Assembly (NCBI GenBank): GCA_963697835.1
Contig: CAVOPG010000002.1
Location: 2,243,256 to 2,307,255, forward strand
DNA: 64,000 nt
From: an uncultured Acidobacteriota bacterium
GTDB lineage: Bacteria > Acidobacteriota > Vicinamibacteria > Fen-336
Direction of reading: 5' to 3'
Shown here: positions 27,955 to 38,937 of the stretch, in pieces
Position numbering within the stretch: position 1 is the stretch's first letter
Layout: the number at the start of each line of letters is the position of its first letter
The notes under the pieces: model-generated
Database searches by the model: none
The model's input: the letters and a program-made list of their open reading frames with translations, nothing else
Told to the model about the DNA's origin: nothing
Position numbers and translations under genes: made by a program

Positions 27955-28351
27955 CACCAACGTCCAGCGCGCCCGCGGATGGATGGCGTTTCCATGGACG
28001 GCGGGTCTCCTGGCGATGGCGGGCGACGTCCGCACGCGCCAGAACGTCTACGAACGGACCGACCTGCGCCTACTCTCGATGGAAAGCGACGGGAGCGTCG
28101 CGCTGCTCGACACCGCCGAGCTTCCGAGCCGGGTGCGGCAGCTCCTCTTCCATCCCTCCGGCCGCTTCCTGTACGTCGCGGACGAGGATGACAGCCTCCG
28201 GACCTACCTTGTCAGCCCCGGCAAGCGGCTCGAGCCGATCGAGAACATGCCCGACACTGCACGGCCTTCCGTCGGCCGGGACTGGCCGTACTACGAGGCC
28301 GAGCCCCCGTTCATGGCGGTGTCGGTCCGTCCGGGGATGCCGCGGCTGTAG
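27932..28351 (+). pseudogene. Chimeric ORF: about 11 codons of a PIN toxin N-terminus joined to a fragment of a lactonase-type beta-propeller blade
   Basis: MTAPVFVDTNV is a canonical PIN start. The remainder (...SVALLDTAELPSRVRQLLFHPSGRFLYVADEDDSLRTYLVSPGKRLEPI...) resembles one blade of a 6-phosphogluconolactonase/3-carboxymuconate-cyclase-type propeller. Neither part is full length. Confidence 0.45.
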
Positions 28352-28496
28352 CGACCCGATCCCTGGTGTACGAGAGCCACGAGCCTCGAGTTACCCCTGG
28401 CCCGTGGAGGCGAGGATCTGCCGGCCGGTCACGACTTGGCGGGCGTCCGGATCGCGAGCCCGTTCCTCGCGTCCGTCGGAGCTCGGCGGGTAGACC

Positions 28497-30086
28497 TCAA
28501 CGCATCAGGTAGAAGAGCGCCGTCGTAATCGTCACGACGAGGCCGAGCCACAGCCGGTAGTCCCGTAACCCGCGGCCGCGCCCCTCGAGCAGGTCTCGCG
28601 GCTGCGCACGCATTCCGGCGAGGGTGGTCGTGGCGAGCCGGTCGGCGGGAGGCGGCGCGGTCGCCAGGCTGGCCGCGACAAGCGCGCCCATGCAGACGAG
28701 GAACGCCACGAACGCGCCGTGCAGCCACGGCCGCAGCAGCGGGTGCGCCATGAACGGCAGGAAGGAGGCCTGCGAATCGGCGATCAGCAGCGGACACACG
28801 ACCGCCGCCGTGGCGAGGCAGGCGTAGACCCCGGTGGTGTTGGTGCGGCGCCACAGCACGCCGAGGAAGAAGACCCCGGCCATCGGCATCATCAGGTACG
28901 CCTGCACCGTCTGCAGGTAGATCCACAGCGAGCGGAACTGGCCGATCACCGGCGCCCACAGCGCGCCGAGCACGAACACGGCCAGCACCGCGATCCGCCC
29001 CACCCACACCTGCCGCACCGCGTCGGCCCGCGGCCGGAAGCACAGGTAGAAGTCGCGGGTGACGAGCGTCGCGACCGAGTTGTAGGTCGCGCTGAGGTGA
29101 CCCATGAGCGCCGCGGCGATGCCGGCCACGGTCAGCCCGCGCAGGCCCGTGGGCATCAGCGTCTCGAGAAGCTTCGGGAACGCGTGATCGGCCTCGGCGA
29201 GGTCCGGGTGGAGCGCTTTCGCGACGAGGCCCGGCAGCACGAGCAGGAACGGCGTCGAGAGCTTGAGGAACGCGCAGAAGATGGCGCCGAGTCTTCCCTC
29301 GTCGAGGCTCTTCGCCGCGAACGCGCGCTGGACGAGCACCTGGTCCATCGACCAGTAGAAGCTGCCCAGGACGAAGACGCCGATGAACATTCCCGGCCAC
29401 GGCACGTCGAGGTCGGTGGCCGGCCGGACCATCGAGAACATGTCGGCCGGCAGCCTCGCGTGGAGGCCCGACCAGCCGCCGGCCGCGCGCAGGCCGAGGC
29501 CGGCCAGCGCGACCGCAGCGATCAGCAGGACCGCCGTCTGCAGGGCGTCGGTGTAGACCACCGCGCGCAGGCCGCCCTTCATCGTGTAGAGGCAGGTCAC
29601 GAAGCCGACGCCCCAGATCACGGACGCCGGGGGCCAGCCGAGGAGGCCGGAAAACACGATCGACGACGCCCAAAGGGAGATCGAGACCTTCGTCAGCACC
29701 GAGAGCGCGACCATGAGCCCGGAGAACAGGAGTCGCACGCCGGGCGAGAAGCGCCGCTCGAGGAACTCGGGCACGGTGTAGATGCGGTTCCGGACGTAGA
29801 ACGGCAGGAAGAGCACGACGAGCGGTACGATGCAGTAGACCGCCATCCACTCGAAGCCGCCGATCGCCATGCCGATCGCGAAGCCGCTGCCGGCGAGGCC
29901 GACGAAGTGCTCGGCCGAGATGTTCGACGCGAACATCGAGGCGCCGATGAACGGCCAGCGCAGCCGGCGCCCCGCCAGGAAGTAGCCTTCCGCGCCGGCC
30001 TGGCGGCGCACGAGCACGAGGCCGATGACGAGGACGGTTGCGAGGTAGCCGGCGACGACGAGCCAGTCGAGGGCGTGGAGGGTCAC
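28497..30086 (-). CDS. Sodium:solute symporter (SSS family)
   Basis: Intact 529 aa. YFLAGRRLRWPFIGASMFASNISAEHFVGLAGSG is the SSS signature, followed by many TM helices. Confidence 0.9.
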   Translation of the reverse strand: MTLHALDWLVVAGYLATVLVIGLVLVRRQAGAEGYFLAGRRLRWPFIGASMFASNISAEHFVGLAGSGFAIGMAIGGFEWMAVYCIVPLVVLFLPFYVRNRIYTVPEFLERRFSPGVRLLFSGLMVALSVLTKVSISLWASSIVFSGLLGWPPASVIWGVGFVTCLYTMKGGLRAVVYTDALQTAVLLIAAVALAGLGLRAAGGWSGLHARLPADMFSMVRPATDLDVPWPGMFIGVFVLGSFYWSMDQVLVQRAFAAKSLDEGRLGAIFCAFLKLSTPFLLVLPGLVAKALHPDLAEADHAFPKLLETLMPTGLRGLTVAGIAAALMGHLSATYNSVATLVTRDFYLCFRPRADAVRQVWVGRIAVLAVFVLGALWAPVIGQFRSLWIYLQTVQAYLMMPMAGVFFLGVLWRRTNTTGVYACLATAAVVCPLLIADSQASFLPFMAHPLLRPWLHGAFVAFLVCMGALVAASLATAPPPADRLATTTLAGMRAQPRDLLEGRGRGLRDYRLWLGLVVTITTALFYLMR

Positions 30087-30110
30087 GGGGTCAGCCCGGC
30101 GTTGCCCGGT

Positions 30111-31106
30111 CTATCTCCGGATCCCGGCCAGGGTCGCGAGCATTTTCTCCTGAGCCGTCCCCTCGCCGCCCGTAGCCGCCGCTGGCCCGGGGGACACCGG
30201 GGCAGACAGCAAGAGCAGGACGTGGAGGCTGCGGAGCAGGTTCCGCGCGTTCTGCGACGCGTCGAGGGTCGCCGGATCCGGCGGCGACTTCGACCAGACC
30301 TGCTTCTCGAGAGCGACGAACCGAGCGAGCCAGGGATCGAGGGTGGCGGGGTCGAAGTCGGCACGACGCACGACCGACACGAGGGCGGCGGCCAGGCGCT
30401 CGTCCTCGGCGTGGGTGAAGACCGGCGTGCCCGGGGCCGTCATCTTCGCCCAGACGGCGTCGAGGAGTCGGGCCTCGTCCGCCGGCGCGAAGCGCTGATT
30501 CCGAGCCAGGAACTTCAGCAGGTCGGCGGTGTGGGCGGTGGCGTGGATCCAGCCGACGCGCGGCTCGAGCCCGCGGAGATCGCGCTCGTCGCGCAGGTAC
30601 GCGAGGGCGCCGTCGAGCAGCTGCCGGTAGCCGGCGTCGTCGAGCGCGGGGTCGGCATTCTCGAGCGCCGCGAGGATCGAGAGGTCGAGCGCCGAGAAGG
30701 ACCGGAGGAGGACGGTGTCGGTCCCGGTCTCGCCGATGCCGCGCCGCAGGTTCTCCGACAGGCGCGCGACGAGCGCGCGGCGCTCCTCCGGCTTCAGTAC
30801 TTTCTTCTCGTAAACGCAGGCCGCGATGACGCCGTAGCCGACGTCGTCGCGCCACTCGGTGTCGGGCGAGCTGAGGAAGCCGACGGCTTCGCTCACGAGG
30901 CTGAACGCCGACTCCCCCGCCGGCACGGTGCAGTCCTTCGCGAGCGCGGTCCAGAAGGGCTTCCCCCGCGTCTCACCGGTCGGCGCCCGCGCGACGGCGG
31001 AGGAAGGCGCGGATAGAAAGGTCAGTCCCGACAGGGCCAACCCCGCGGCGCGCGCGAAGCTCCCCGGAACTCGCGCGGGCGCCCACGGCTTGCACCGCCT
31101 GCTCAT
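30111..31106 (-). CDS. DUF2785 domain protein, secreted
   Basis: ATG 31106. The signal-like N-terminus is followed by FLSSPDTEWRDDVGYGVIAACVYEKK...LLRSFSALDLSILAA...GWIHATAHTADLL. Confidence 0.6.
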   Translation of the reverse strand: MSRRCKPWAPARVPGSFARAAGLALSGLTFLSAPSSAVARAPTGETRGKPFWTALAKDCTVPAGESAFSLVSEAVGFLSSPDTEWRDDVGYGVIAACVYEKKVLKPEERRALVARLSENLRRGIGETGTDTVLLRSFSALDLSILAALENADPALDDAGYRQLLDGALAYLRDERDLRGLEPRVGWIHATAHTADLLKFLARNQRFAPADEARLLDAVWAKMTAPGTPVFTHAEDERLAAALVSVVRRADFDPATLDPWLARFVALEKQVWSKSPPDPATLDASQNARNLLRSLHVLLLLSAPVSPGPAAATGGEGTAQEKMLATLAGIRR

Positions 31107-31165
31107 GGAACCTGATCGTCCTTCACGTAACTCTCGAGTCGCCCCTCGGGCTCGGCGCCGGAGGG

Positions 31166-32584
31166 TCAGCGCTTCAACCCGGCCAGACCGAGCGTGGCGA
31201 GCTCGTCGTAGAGGTGGACGGCTGACCGCATCGCCTTCTTCCAGTCCCCGAGGTGCAGGCTCTCGTCCTCCGAGTGGGCGCCGCAGCCCGGGTCCTCGAC
31301 GCCGGTGAGGAGACACGGCACTCCGGAGAAAGCGTCCGCGAACGGCCTCACGAAGCCGATCGAGGCGCCGGAGCCGATGAGGGCGGGCTTGCGCCCGTAG
31401 CCCTTCTCGAGCGCGCGCATCGCCGCCTCGAAGGCCGGCCCCGAGGGCTCGGTCGTCCACCAGGGCGTCGTGCGCGTGATCCGCGCGGCGACGCGGGCGC
31501 CGGCCGGCGGCTTCGCCAGAAGCTCGCGGACGATCCGCTCCCCCGCTTCCTGCGCGTCCATGTTCGGCACCGTGCGCAGCGAGAGCCTCGCCCGCGCGGA
31601 GTCGAGGATCTGGTTGGCGGCGCCGTGGATCGGGTGTGCCTCGATCGCGATCACGGTCAACGACGGCCGCATCCAGACCTGCTCGTAGACGCTCGCGCCC
31701 TTCTCGCGCTCGAGGCGGGTGCCGGGCAGCATCCCCGCCCCCCGGCGGAAGGCCGCCTCCGAGAACGGCAGACGGCGCAGTCGCCGGCGCTGGGCGGCGC
31801 TCGGTCGCGCGACGCGGCGGTAGAGGCCGGGGACGTCGATCCTTCCGTCCTTCGCGCGCAGGTCGTCGAGAAGGCGGCAGAGGATCCGGACCGGATCGGG
31901 CACGGCGCCCCCGAAGTCGCCGCTGTGGACCGGCCGGTGGAGGCAGGTCACCTCGACGTCGACCTGCACGAGCCCACGGAGCTGCCACGTCAGGGCCGGG
32001 ACGCCGGTCGCGAAGTTGTAGGTGTCGGAGAGGACGAGGACGTCGGCTTCGATCTTCGAGCGGGAGCGTGCGAGGAGCTCCGGGAGGTGCGTCGAGCCCG
32101 TCTCCTCTTCCCCCTCGATCAGGAACTTGACGTTGACCGGCACGCGGCCGGCGGCCCCCAGCCACGCCGAGGCCGCGGCCACCCAGGCGAGGAACCCTCC
32201 CTTGTCGTCGGCCGTGCCCCGTCCGTAGAGGCGGCCCTTCCGCTCGACGGGGAGAAACGGCGGGCTCGTCCACTTCTCGGCCGGCCCCGGGGGAACCACG
32301 TCGTGGTGTCCGTAGACGAGGACGGTGGGAGCGCCCGCCGCGTGCCGCCAGTCGCCGTACACGTAAGGTGGCACGCCCGGCAGGGCGAGGAGCGCGACGT
32401 TCTCGACGCCCAGCCGCCCGAGCACCCCGGCCGTGACTTCGGCCGAGCGGCGCAGGTCGTCGGGCGGGAAGCCCGCCGCCGAGACGCCGGGCACGCGCAC
32501 GAGCTCGCAGAGGGCTTCCTTGAACTCGTGGAAACGCTTCTCCACGCTGCGAAGGGCCGGAGCACGAAGCGAGAGGCGGCTCAC
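31166..32584 (-). CDS. M20 family dipeptidase (ArgE/DapE/ACY1/CPG2 clan), paralog A
   Basis: Intact 472 aa with VYGHHDVVPPG, GRGTADDKG, FLIEGEEETGS and SGASIGFVRPF...HSEDESLHL. Confidence 0.9.
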   Translation of the reverse strand: MSRLSLRAPALRSVEKRFHEFKEALCELVRVPGVSAAGFPPDDLRRSAEVTAGVLGRLGVENVALLALPGVPPYVYGDWRHAAGAPTVLVYGHHDVVPPGPAEKWTSPPFLPVERKGRLYGRGTADDKGGFLAWVAAASAWLGAAGRVPVNVKFLIEGEEETGSTHLPELLARSRSKIEADVLVLSDTYNFATGVPALTWQLRGLVQVDVEVTCLHRPVHSGDFGGAVPDPVRILCRLLDDLRAKDGRIDVPGLYRRVARPSAAQRRRLRRLPFSEAAFRRGAGMLPGTRLEREKGASVYEQVWMRPSLTVIAIEAHPIHGAANQILDSARARLSLRTVPNMDAQEAGERIVRELLAKPPAGARVAARITRTTPWWTTEPSGPAFEAAMRALEKGYGRKPALIGSGASIGFVRPFADAFSGVPCLLTGVEDPGCGAHSEDESLHLGDWKKAMRSAVHLYDELATLGLAGLKR

Positions 32585-34653
32585 ATCACGGCGGTCGGCG
32601 GGGCCGGCTCGTCGGGAGCGCCCGCCTTCGACAGCGGACGACGCACGAGGTAGACGACCAGGAAGAGCATCACCGGGATGGCCAGCCAGCGGGCGATCCC
32701 GGCGAAGCCCGGCACCTGCGGGAACGCGATCTGCACGCTCGGGTCGCTCGCCGCCTGCCAGGCCTTGAACGCCACGACGCCGGCCGCCACGAGGCCCATG
32801 AGCGCCTCACCGGCGATGAGGCCGGAGGCGGTGAGGACGCCGGCGTTCTCGACCCGGGCCTTCTGGGCCACGTTGTAGCTGCGCTTGTCGGCCAGCCGGT
32901 CCACGAGGCCGCGCATGAGGCCGCCGACGAAGATGGCGAACGTCGTCTCCAGCGGCAGGTACATCCCCACGGCGAACAGCATCGGGCTCTTGACCCGCAC
33001 CAGGACGAGGGAGAGGCCCATCGCTATGCCGACGATCACCAGGGGCCAGGCCATCTCCCCGCCCACGATGCCCTGGGAGAGCGCGGCCATGAGCCCGGCC
33101 TGGGGCGCCGAGAGATTGGGCCCGCCGAAGCCGCCGGTCTGCGGGTTGGCCGCGAGATCCGAGGTGTGAAGCAGGTAGAGCGGGAAGTAGAGGACGAGCC
33201 CCGCGACCACGACCCCGATGATGTCGCCCACCTGCATCTTCCACGGCGTGCCGCCGAGGATGTGCCCGACCTTGAGGTCCTGCAGCATCTCGCCCGCCAC
33301 CGCCGAGGAGACGCACACGACCGCGGCCACCCCGAGGACGGCGGCCACCCCCTCTACCCCCTTCACCTTCACGATGACCATCGTGAGCGCGGCCACGATC
33401 GTGGTGGCCAGGGTCAGGCCGGAGATCGGGTTGTTGGAGGAGCCGATCATGCCGACGAGGTTGCCGGAAACCGCGGCGAAGAAGAACCCGGTCACGAGCA
33501 TGACGATCGCGGCGAAGATGGCGCCCGGCAGGACCTTGGCGAAGTAGAAGTAGAGGGCGATCATGAGCACGAACACGACCGCGATACCCATGAGCACCGT
33601 GCGGAACGACAGGTCGCGGTCGGTGCGTAGCGTCGCGGTCTGGGCGGCGGCCGACTTCTGCACGTCGGCGACCCCTCGCTTCAGACCCGTGGCGAGGTTC
33701 TTCCGCATCCGGAAGAGCGTGTAGCTCGCGCCGACGAGCATCCCCCCCACCGCGATCGGCCGCACGATCGACACCCAGACGTGGCCGGCGAGACGGGCCC
33801 AGTTGGTCACTCCGTCGGCCCCGGTGTAGCCGGGAGCGAGCTGCGGGCCGAGGAAGAACACGAGCAGGGGCACGAAGAGGCCCCAGGCGAGAAGGCCGCC
33901 CGCGAAGTTCAGGGCCCCCAGCTCGGGGCCGATGATGTAGCCCACACCCAGGTAGGCCGGGCTCACCCCCGGGGCCTGGAAGGTGGTGGCCCCCCCGGCG
34001 GGGACCATGGCGGCGTCCCTGGTGAGCCCGAGCCGCACGAAGCTCTCCTTGATCCGTCCGACCGCGATCGGCAACGCGTTCGACGCCCGGAAGATCCCGG
34101 AGTCGCCGAGGAGCTTGATGAACGCGCCCACGCCCATGGCGCTGAAGAGCTGGACCGCGGCGTCCGCCCCGCGCTGGCCCGCCTTGTGGATCTCCGACGC
34201 CGCCACCGACTCCGGGAAGGGCAGCGAGCGGTCCTCCACCATGACGCGTCGCAGGATCGTGACGAAGAGGACCCCGAGGATGCCGCCCACTATCATGAGC
34301 GCGCTCGCCGTGAGGTACTCGGCCAGGTCGAAGCTGTGGAAGTCCCAGATCCGGAGGATGACGAACGCGGGGATCGTGAAGATCGCCCCCGCCGCGACCG
34401 ACTCGCCGATGGAACCGACGGTCCGCGCGAAGTTCTCCTCGAGGAGCGAGCCCTTCATCATGCGGAGCACGGCCATGCCGATGACCGCGGCCGGGTAGGT
34501 GGCGGCGATCGTCATGCCCGCCCGCAGGCCGAGGTAGGCGTTTGCGGCGCCGAGGACGACGCTCATCACCAGCCCCAGGAGGAGCGCCCGCAGCGTGAAC
34601 TCCGACATCGTGGAGTCCGCGCTGACGTAGGGCTTGTGTTCCTTGTCGCTCAT
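32581..34653 (-). CDS. OPT family oligopeptide transporter
   Basis: Intact 690 aa, RBS AAGGAGG. Signature FTLRALLLGLVMSVVLGAANAYLGLRAGMTIAATYPAAV. The stop overlaps the M20-A start by 4 nt. Confidence 0.9.
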   Translation of the reverse strand: MSDKEHKPYVSADSTMSEFTLRALLLGLVMSVVLGAANAYLGLRAGMTIAATYPAAVIGMAVLRMMKGSLLEENFARTVGSIGESVAAGAIFTIPAFVILRIWDFHSFDLAEYLTASALMIVGGILGVLFVTILRRVMVEDRSLPFPESVAASEIHKAGQRGADAAVQLFSAMGVGAFIKLLGDSGIFRASNALPIAVGRIKESFVRLGLTRDAAMVPAGGATTFQAPGVSPAYLGVGYIIGPELGALNFAGGLLAWGLFVPLLVFFLGPQLAPGYTGADGVTNWARLAGHVWVSIVRPIAVGGMLVGASYTLFRMRKNLATGLKRGVADVQKSAAAQTATLRTDRDLSFRTVLMGIAVVFVLMIALYFYFAKVLPGAIFAAIVMLVTGFFFAAVSGNLVGMIGSSNNPISGLTLATTIVAALTMVIVKVKGVEGVAAVLGVAAVVCVSSAVAGEMLQDLKVGHILGGTPWKMQVGDIIGVVVAGLVLYFPLYLLHTSDLAANPQTGGFGGPNLSAPQAGLMAALSQGIVGGEMAWPLVIVGIAMGLSLVLVRVKSPMLFAVGMYLPLETTFAIFVGGLMRGLVDRLADKRSYNVAQKARVENAGVLTASGLIAGEALMGLVAAGVVAFKAWQAASDPSVQIAFPQVPGFAGIARWLAIPVMLFLVVYLVRRPLSKAGAPDEPAPPTAVM

Positions 34654-34699
34654 GAAGCCTCCTTGCCGGGCCCGCGGAGCGGGCCGGCGGAGCCGGCGG

Positions 34700-34873
34700 G
34701 CCGGATGTCGCGCGGATTGTACCCCAGGCCGGAGGTTCGACCCTGCCGTCGAAGAGCAGGAGCGTGGGCATCGCGCTCACGTCCCCGAACGAGCGGGCCA
34801 GCTCGGGGCCGCCCATCGCCCAGGAGGACACCCGCGCCTGCGGGAGCGCATTCGCAGAGGAGCCCGGGCTCGT
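34700..34873 (-). pseudogene. Thioredoxin-fold remnant (C-terminal part only, no CxxC region)
   Basis: The minus-strand frame following TAG (plus cta 34874-34876) reads ...RVSSWAMGGPELARSFGDVSAMPTLLLFDGRVEPP... Compare the thioredoxin C-terminal consensus ...np.la.kygv..iPTlllF.nG. There is no start codon or upstream active-site segment, and it runs out of frame into the OPT start. Confidence 0.35.
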
Positions 34874-34898
34874 CTAGACTCGGCGACGGGAAGCATCA

Positions 34899-36344
34899 AT
34901 GCCGCAGTCCGCCCCCTCCGACCGGCGCCCCGACCTCCGAGGGCGAGCCGTCCGCGCCGCGCTCGGCCACGCCGAGGCGCACGTCGGCGAGGTGAAGGCC
35001 CGCCTGGCCGATCTCGTTCGGATCCCGAGCGTCTCGGCCGCGGGCTTTCCCCCCGGGGAGGTGCGCCGCTCGGCCGAGGCGACCGCGGCCGTCCTGCGCG
35101 AGGCCGGCCTCGAGAACGTGCGCCTCATCGAGATGCCGGGCCAGCACCCTTACGTCTACGCCGACTGGCTCCACGTCCCCGGCGCGCCCACCCTGCTCGT
35201 ATACGGCCACCACGACGTCCAGCCCCCGGGACGGACGGAGAGGTGGAAGACCCCGGCCTTCGAGCCGGCCGAGCGCGGCGGGCGACTCTACGGGCGGGGA
35301 GCGGTGGACGACAAGGGCACGTTCATGACCCACGTCGCCGCGATCCGCGCGTGGCTCGAGACCTCCGGCCGGCTGCCCCTCAACGTGAAGATCCTCATCG
35401 AAGGGGAGGAGGAGATCGGCTCGCCGGGCCTCGAGGCGTTCCTGGCGCGGCACGCCCGGGCCCTCGCCGCCGACGTCGCCGTGCTCGCCGACACCGGCAA
35501 CTTCGACGTGGGTCACCCCGCCCTCACCTACCAGCTCCGCGGCATCTGCCAGGTCGACGTCGAGGTGCGCTGCCTGGCGCAGCCCGTCCACAGCGGCTTC
35601 TGGGGCGGGCCGGTGCCGGACGCGGTGCGCATCCTCGCCCGCCTCGTCGCCGACCTCGAGAAGCCCGGCGGATCGCTGAACGTCCCCGGGCTCTACCGCT
35701 CCGTCGCGAAGACCGGAGGAAAGCAGCTCCGGAGGATCCGCACGCTGCCGTTCGACGAGGCGAAGTTCCGCGCGTCGGCGGCGATGAGGCCGGGTACCCG
35801 CTTCGTCGGCGAGAAGGCCTACTCCGTGTGGGAGCGTCTGTGGACGCGGCCCGCGCTCACCGTCATCGCCCTCGAGGCCCACCCCGTCGCCGGCTCCTCC
35901 AACCAGATCATCGACTCGGCGCGGGCGTTGCTATCCATGCGCACCGTGCCCGACATGGACGCCCGAGCCGCCGGCCGGCTGCTCGTGAAGAAGCTGACGT
36001 CCCGCCCGCCGGCCGGCGCGAAGGTGACGGCCCGAGTCAGCGGCACCTCGCTCTGGTGGAAGACCGACCCCGAGGGCCCGGCCTTCGAGGCGGCGCGGCG
36101 CGCGCTGCTGCAGGGCTACGGGCGCGAGGCGGCCATGATCGGCGCCGGCGGCTCGATCGGTTTTGTCAAGCCCTTCTCCGACGCCCTCGGCGGCGTGCCG
36201 TGCCTGCTCATGGGCGTCGAGGACCCTTCCTCGGCCATCCACTCCGAGAACGAGAGCGTCCATCTCGGGGACTTCCTGAACGCGATCCGCGCGGCGGTGC
36301 ACCTCTACGACGAGCTGTCCCGGACGTCCCTGGCGAGAGGATGA
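34899..36344 (+). CDS. M20 family dipeptidase, paralog B (inverted relative to paralog A)
   Basis: Intact 481 aa with the same motif set (VYGHHDVQPPG, GRGAVDDKG, ILIEGEEEIGS, HSENESVHL). By eye it aligns along its whole length with 31166-32584, at roughly 55-60% identity. Confidence 0.9.
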   Translation: MPQSAPSDRRPDLRGRAVRAALGHAEAHVGEVKARLADLVRIPSVSAAGFPPGEVRRSAEATAAVLREAGLENVRLIEMPGQHPYVYADWLHVPGAPTLLVYGHHDVQPPGRTERWKTPAFEPAERGGRLYGRGAVDDKGTFMTHVAAIRAWLETSGRLPLNVKILIEGEEEIGSPGLEAFLARHARALAADVAVLADTGNFDVGHPALTYQLRGICQVDVEVRCLAQPVHSGFWGGPVPDAVRILARLVADLEKPGGSLNVPGLYRSVAKTGGKQLRRIRTLPFDEAKFRASAAMRPGTRFVGEKAYSVWERLWTRPALTVIALEAHPVAGSSNQIIDSARALLSMRTVPDMDARAAGRLLVKKLTSRPPAGAKVTARVSGTSLWWKTDPEGPAFEAARRALLQGYGREAAMIGAGGSIGFVKPFSDALGGVPCLLMGVEDPSSAIHSENESVHLGDFLNAIRAAVHLYDELSRTSLARG

Positions 36345-36874
36345 ACGCCGTTCGCGCGGCCGCGGCGGTGCCCGTGCTCGAGACCGACCGCCTGGCGCTT
36401 CGCCAATTCACGACCGACGACGCGGAGTTCATCCTGGACCTGCTCAACGACCCGTCCTTCCTGCGCCACATCGGTGACAAGGGTGTCCGGACCAGGGCCG
36501 ATGCGGTCCGGTACGTCCAGGCAGGACCGATCGCCAGCTACGAACGGTTCGGCTTCGGGCTCTACCGGGTGGACCTGAAGGAGGGCGGGACGCCCATCGG
36601 CATGTGCGGCCTGCTCAAGCGCGACTGGCTCGCGGACGTGGACATCGGCTTCGCCTTCCTGCCCCGGTTCTGCGCGAAGGGGTACGCGTTCGAGGCCGCC
36701 TCGAGCGTCCTCGCCCACGCGCGCGCCCTGGGCCTGAAGCGGGTCGTGGCCATCACCTCGCCGGACAACGTGGCCTCGATGGGCCTCCTCGCGAAGCTCG
36801 GCTTCCGCTTCGAGGGCGTGGCCCGGGCGTCCGACAAGGAACCGGAGGTCAAGGTGTTCGGGCGGGAGGCCTGA
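36341..36874 (+). CDS. GNAT family N-acetyltransferase (RimJ/RimL-like)
   Basis: ATG overlaps the upstream stop (ATGA). LETDRLALRQFTTDDAEFILDLLNDPSFLRHIGDKGVRT...IGFAFLPRFCAKGYAFEAASSVL. Confidence 0.85.
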   Translation: MNAVRAAAAVPVLETDRLALRQFTTDDAEFILDLLNDPSFLRHIGDKGVRTRADAVRYVQAGPIASYERFGFGLYRVDLKEGGTPIGMCGLLKRDWLADVDIGFAFLPRFCAKGYAFEAASSVLAHARALGLKRVVAITSPDNVASMGLLAKLGFRFEGVARASDKEPEVKVFGREA

Positions 36875-37894
36875 ATGGTCGCGGGGTTCCTGGTCCTGAC
36901 CGGGGTCACCCTCGCTCGCGCGACGGACGCTCCCTCCGCGATCGTGGACTCCGAGTTCGTCTTCGAGCGCGCGCCCTTCCGGTCCGCCCACGCGTCCACG
37001 ATCGTGGAGACGCGGGACGGGCTCCTGTGTGCGTGGTTCGGGGGAACGGAGGAGGGGCGGCCGGACGTCGGCATCTGGCTGTCGCGGCGAAGCGAAAAGG
37101 GCTGGTCCCCTCCGGTCGAGATCGCGACCGGCCGTCAACCCGACGGCACGCGCCACCCCTGCTGGAACCCCGTGCTCTTCCAGCCGTCGCGCGGCCCCCT
37201 GCTCCTCTTCTACAAGATCGGCCCCAGCCCGCGCGAGTGGTGGGGCCTCGTCCGCACCTCGACCGACGAGGGGCGCTCGTGGTCGGACTCGGTCCTCTTG
37301 CCGGCCGGGATCCTCGGCCCCATCCGCGCCAAGCCCGTCGAGCTCCCCGGTGGAGACGTGCTCGCCGGGTCGAGCACCGAAGACGCCGGCTGGGCCGTGC
37401 ACATGGAGCGCTGGACGCCGGCGGACCCGGCCTCTGCCGCCGCATGGCGGAAGAGCGGCCGCCTCAACGACCCGCGGGAGCTCGAGGCCATCCAGCCGAC
37501 GCTGCTCGTGCACTCGCCGACGCGGCTCCAGGCCCTCTGCCGCAGCCGGCAGAAGGTGGTCACGGAAGCCTGGTCCGAAGACGGCGGGACAACCTGGGGG
37601 CGGATGACCGCGACGGCGCTGCCGAACCCGAGCGCCGGGATCGACGCCCTGCGGCTCGCCGACAGCCGTTTCCTGCTCGTCTACAACCCGACCACGACCG
37701 GCCGCGACCGCCTCGAGGTCGCGGTCTCGGCCGACGGCAAGGCGTGGCGCCGCGGCGTCGTCCTCGAGGCCTCGCCGGGCGAGCACTCCTACCCCGCCAT
37801 GATCCAGTCGCGCGACGGCCTCGTTCACGTCACCTACACGTGGAAGCGCGAGCGGATCAAGCACGTCATCCTCGCCCCCGCAGCGATACAGTAG
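36875..37894 (+). CDS. BNR/sialidase-like (exo-alpha-sialidase fold) protein
   Basis: ATG immediately follows the upstream TGA. FRSAHASTIVETRDGLLCAWFGGTEEG, TSTDEGRSWS and SEDGGTTWG (BNR Asp-box motifs SxDxGxTW). Confidence 0.75.
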   Translation: MVAGFLVLTGVTLARATDAPSAIVDSEFVFERAPFRSAHASTIVETRDGLLCAWFGGTEEGRPDVGIWLSRRSEKGWSPPVEIATGRQPDGTRHPCWNPVLFQPSRGPLLLFYKIGPSPREWWGLVRTSTDEGRSWSDSVLLPAGILGPIRAKPVELPGGDVLAGSSTEDAGWAVHMERWTPADPASAAAWRKSGRLNDPRELEAIQPTLLVHSPTRLQALCRSRQKVVTEAWSEDGGTTWGRMTATALPNPSAGIDALRLADSRFLLVYNPTTTGRDRLEVAVSADGKAWRRGVVLEASPGEHSYPAMIQSRDGLVHVTYTWKRERIKHVILAPAAIQ

Positions 37895-37922
37895 AGGGGA
37901 AGAAGCCAGAGGGAGGCGCGCC

Positions 37923-38921
<999 letters not shown>

Positions 38922-38937
38922 GAGGAGGCAAGGGACC

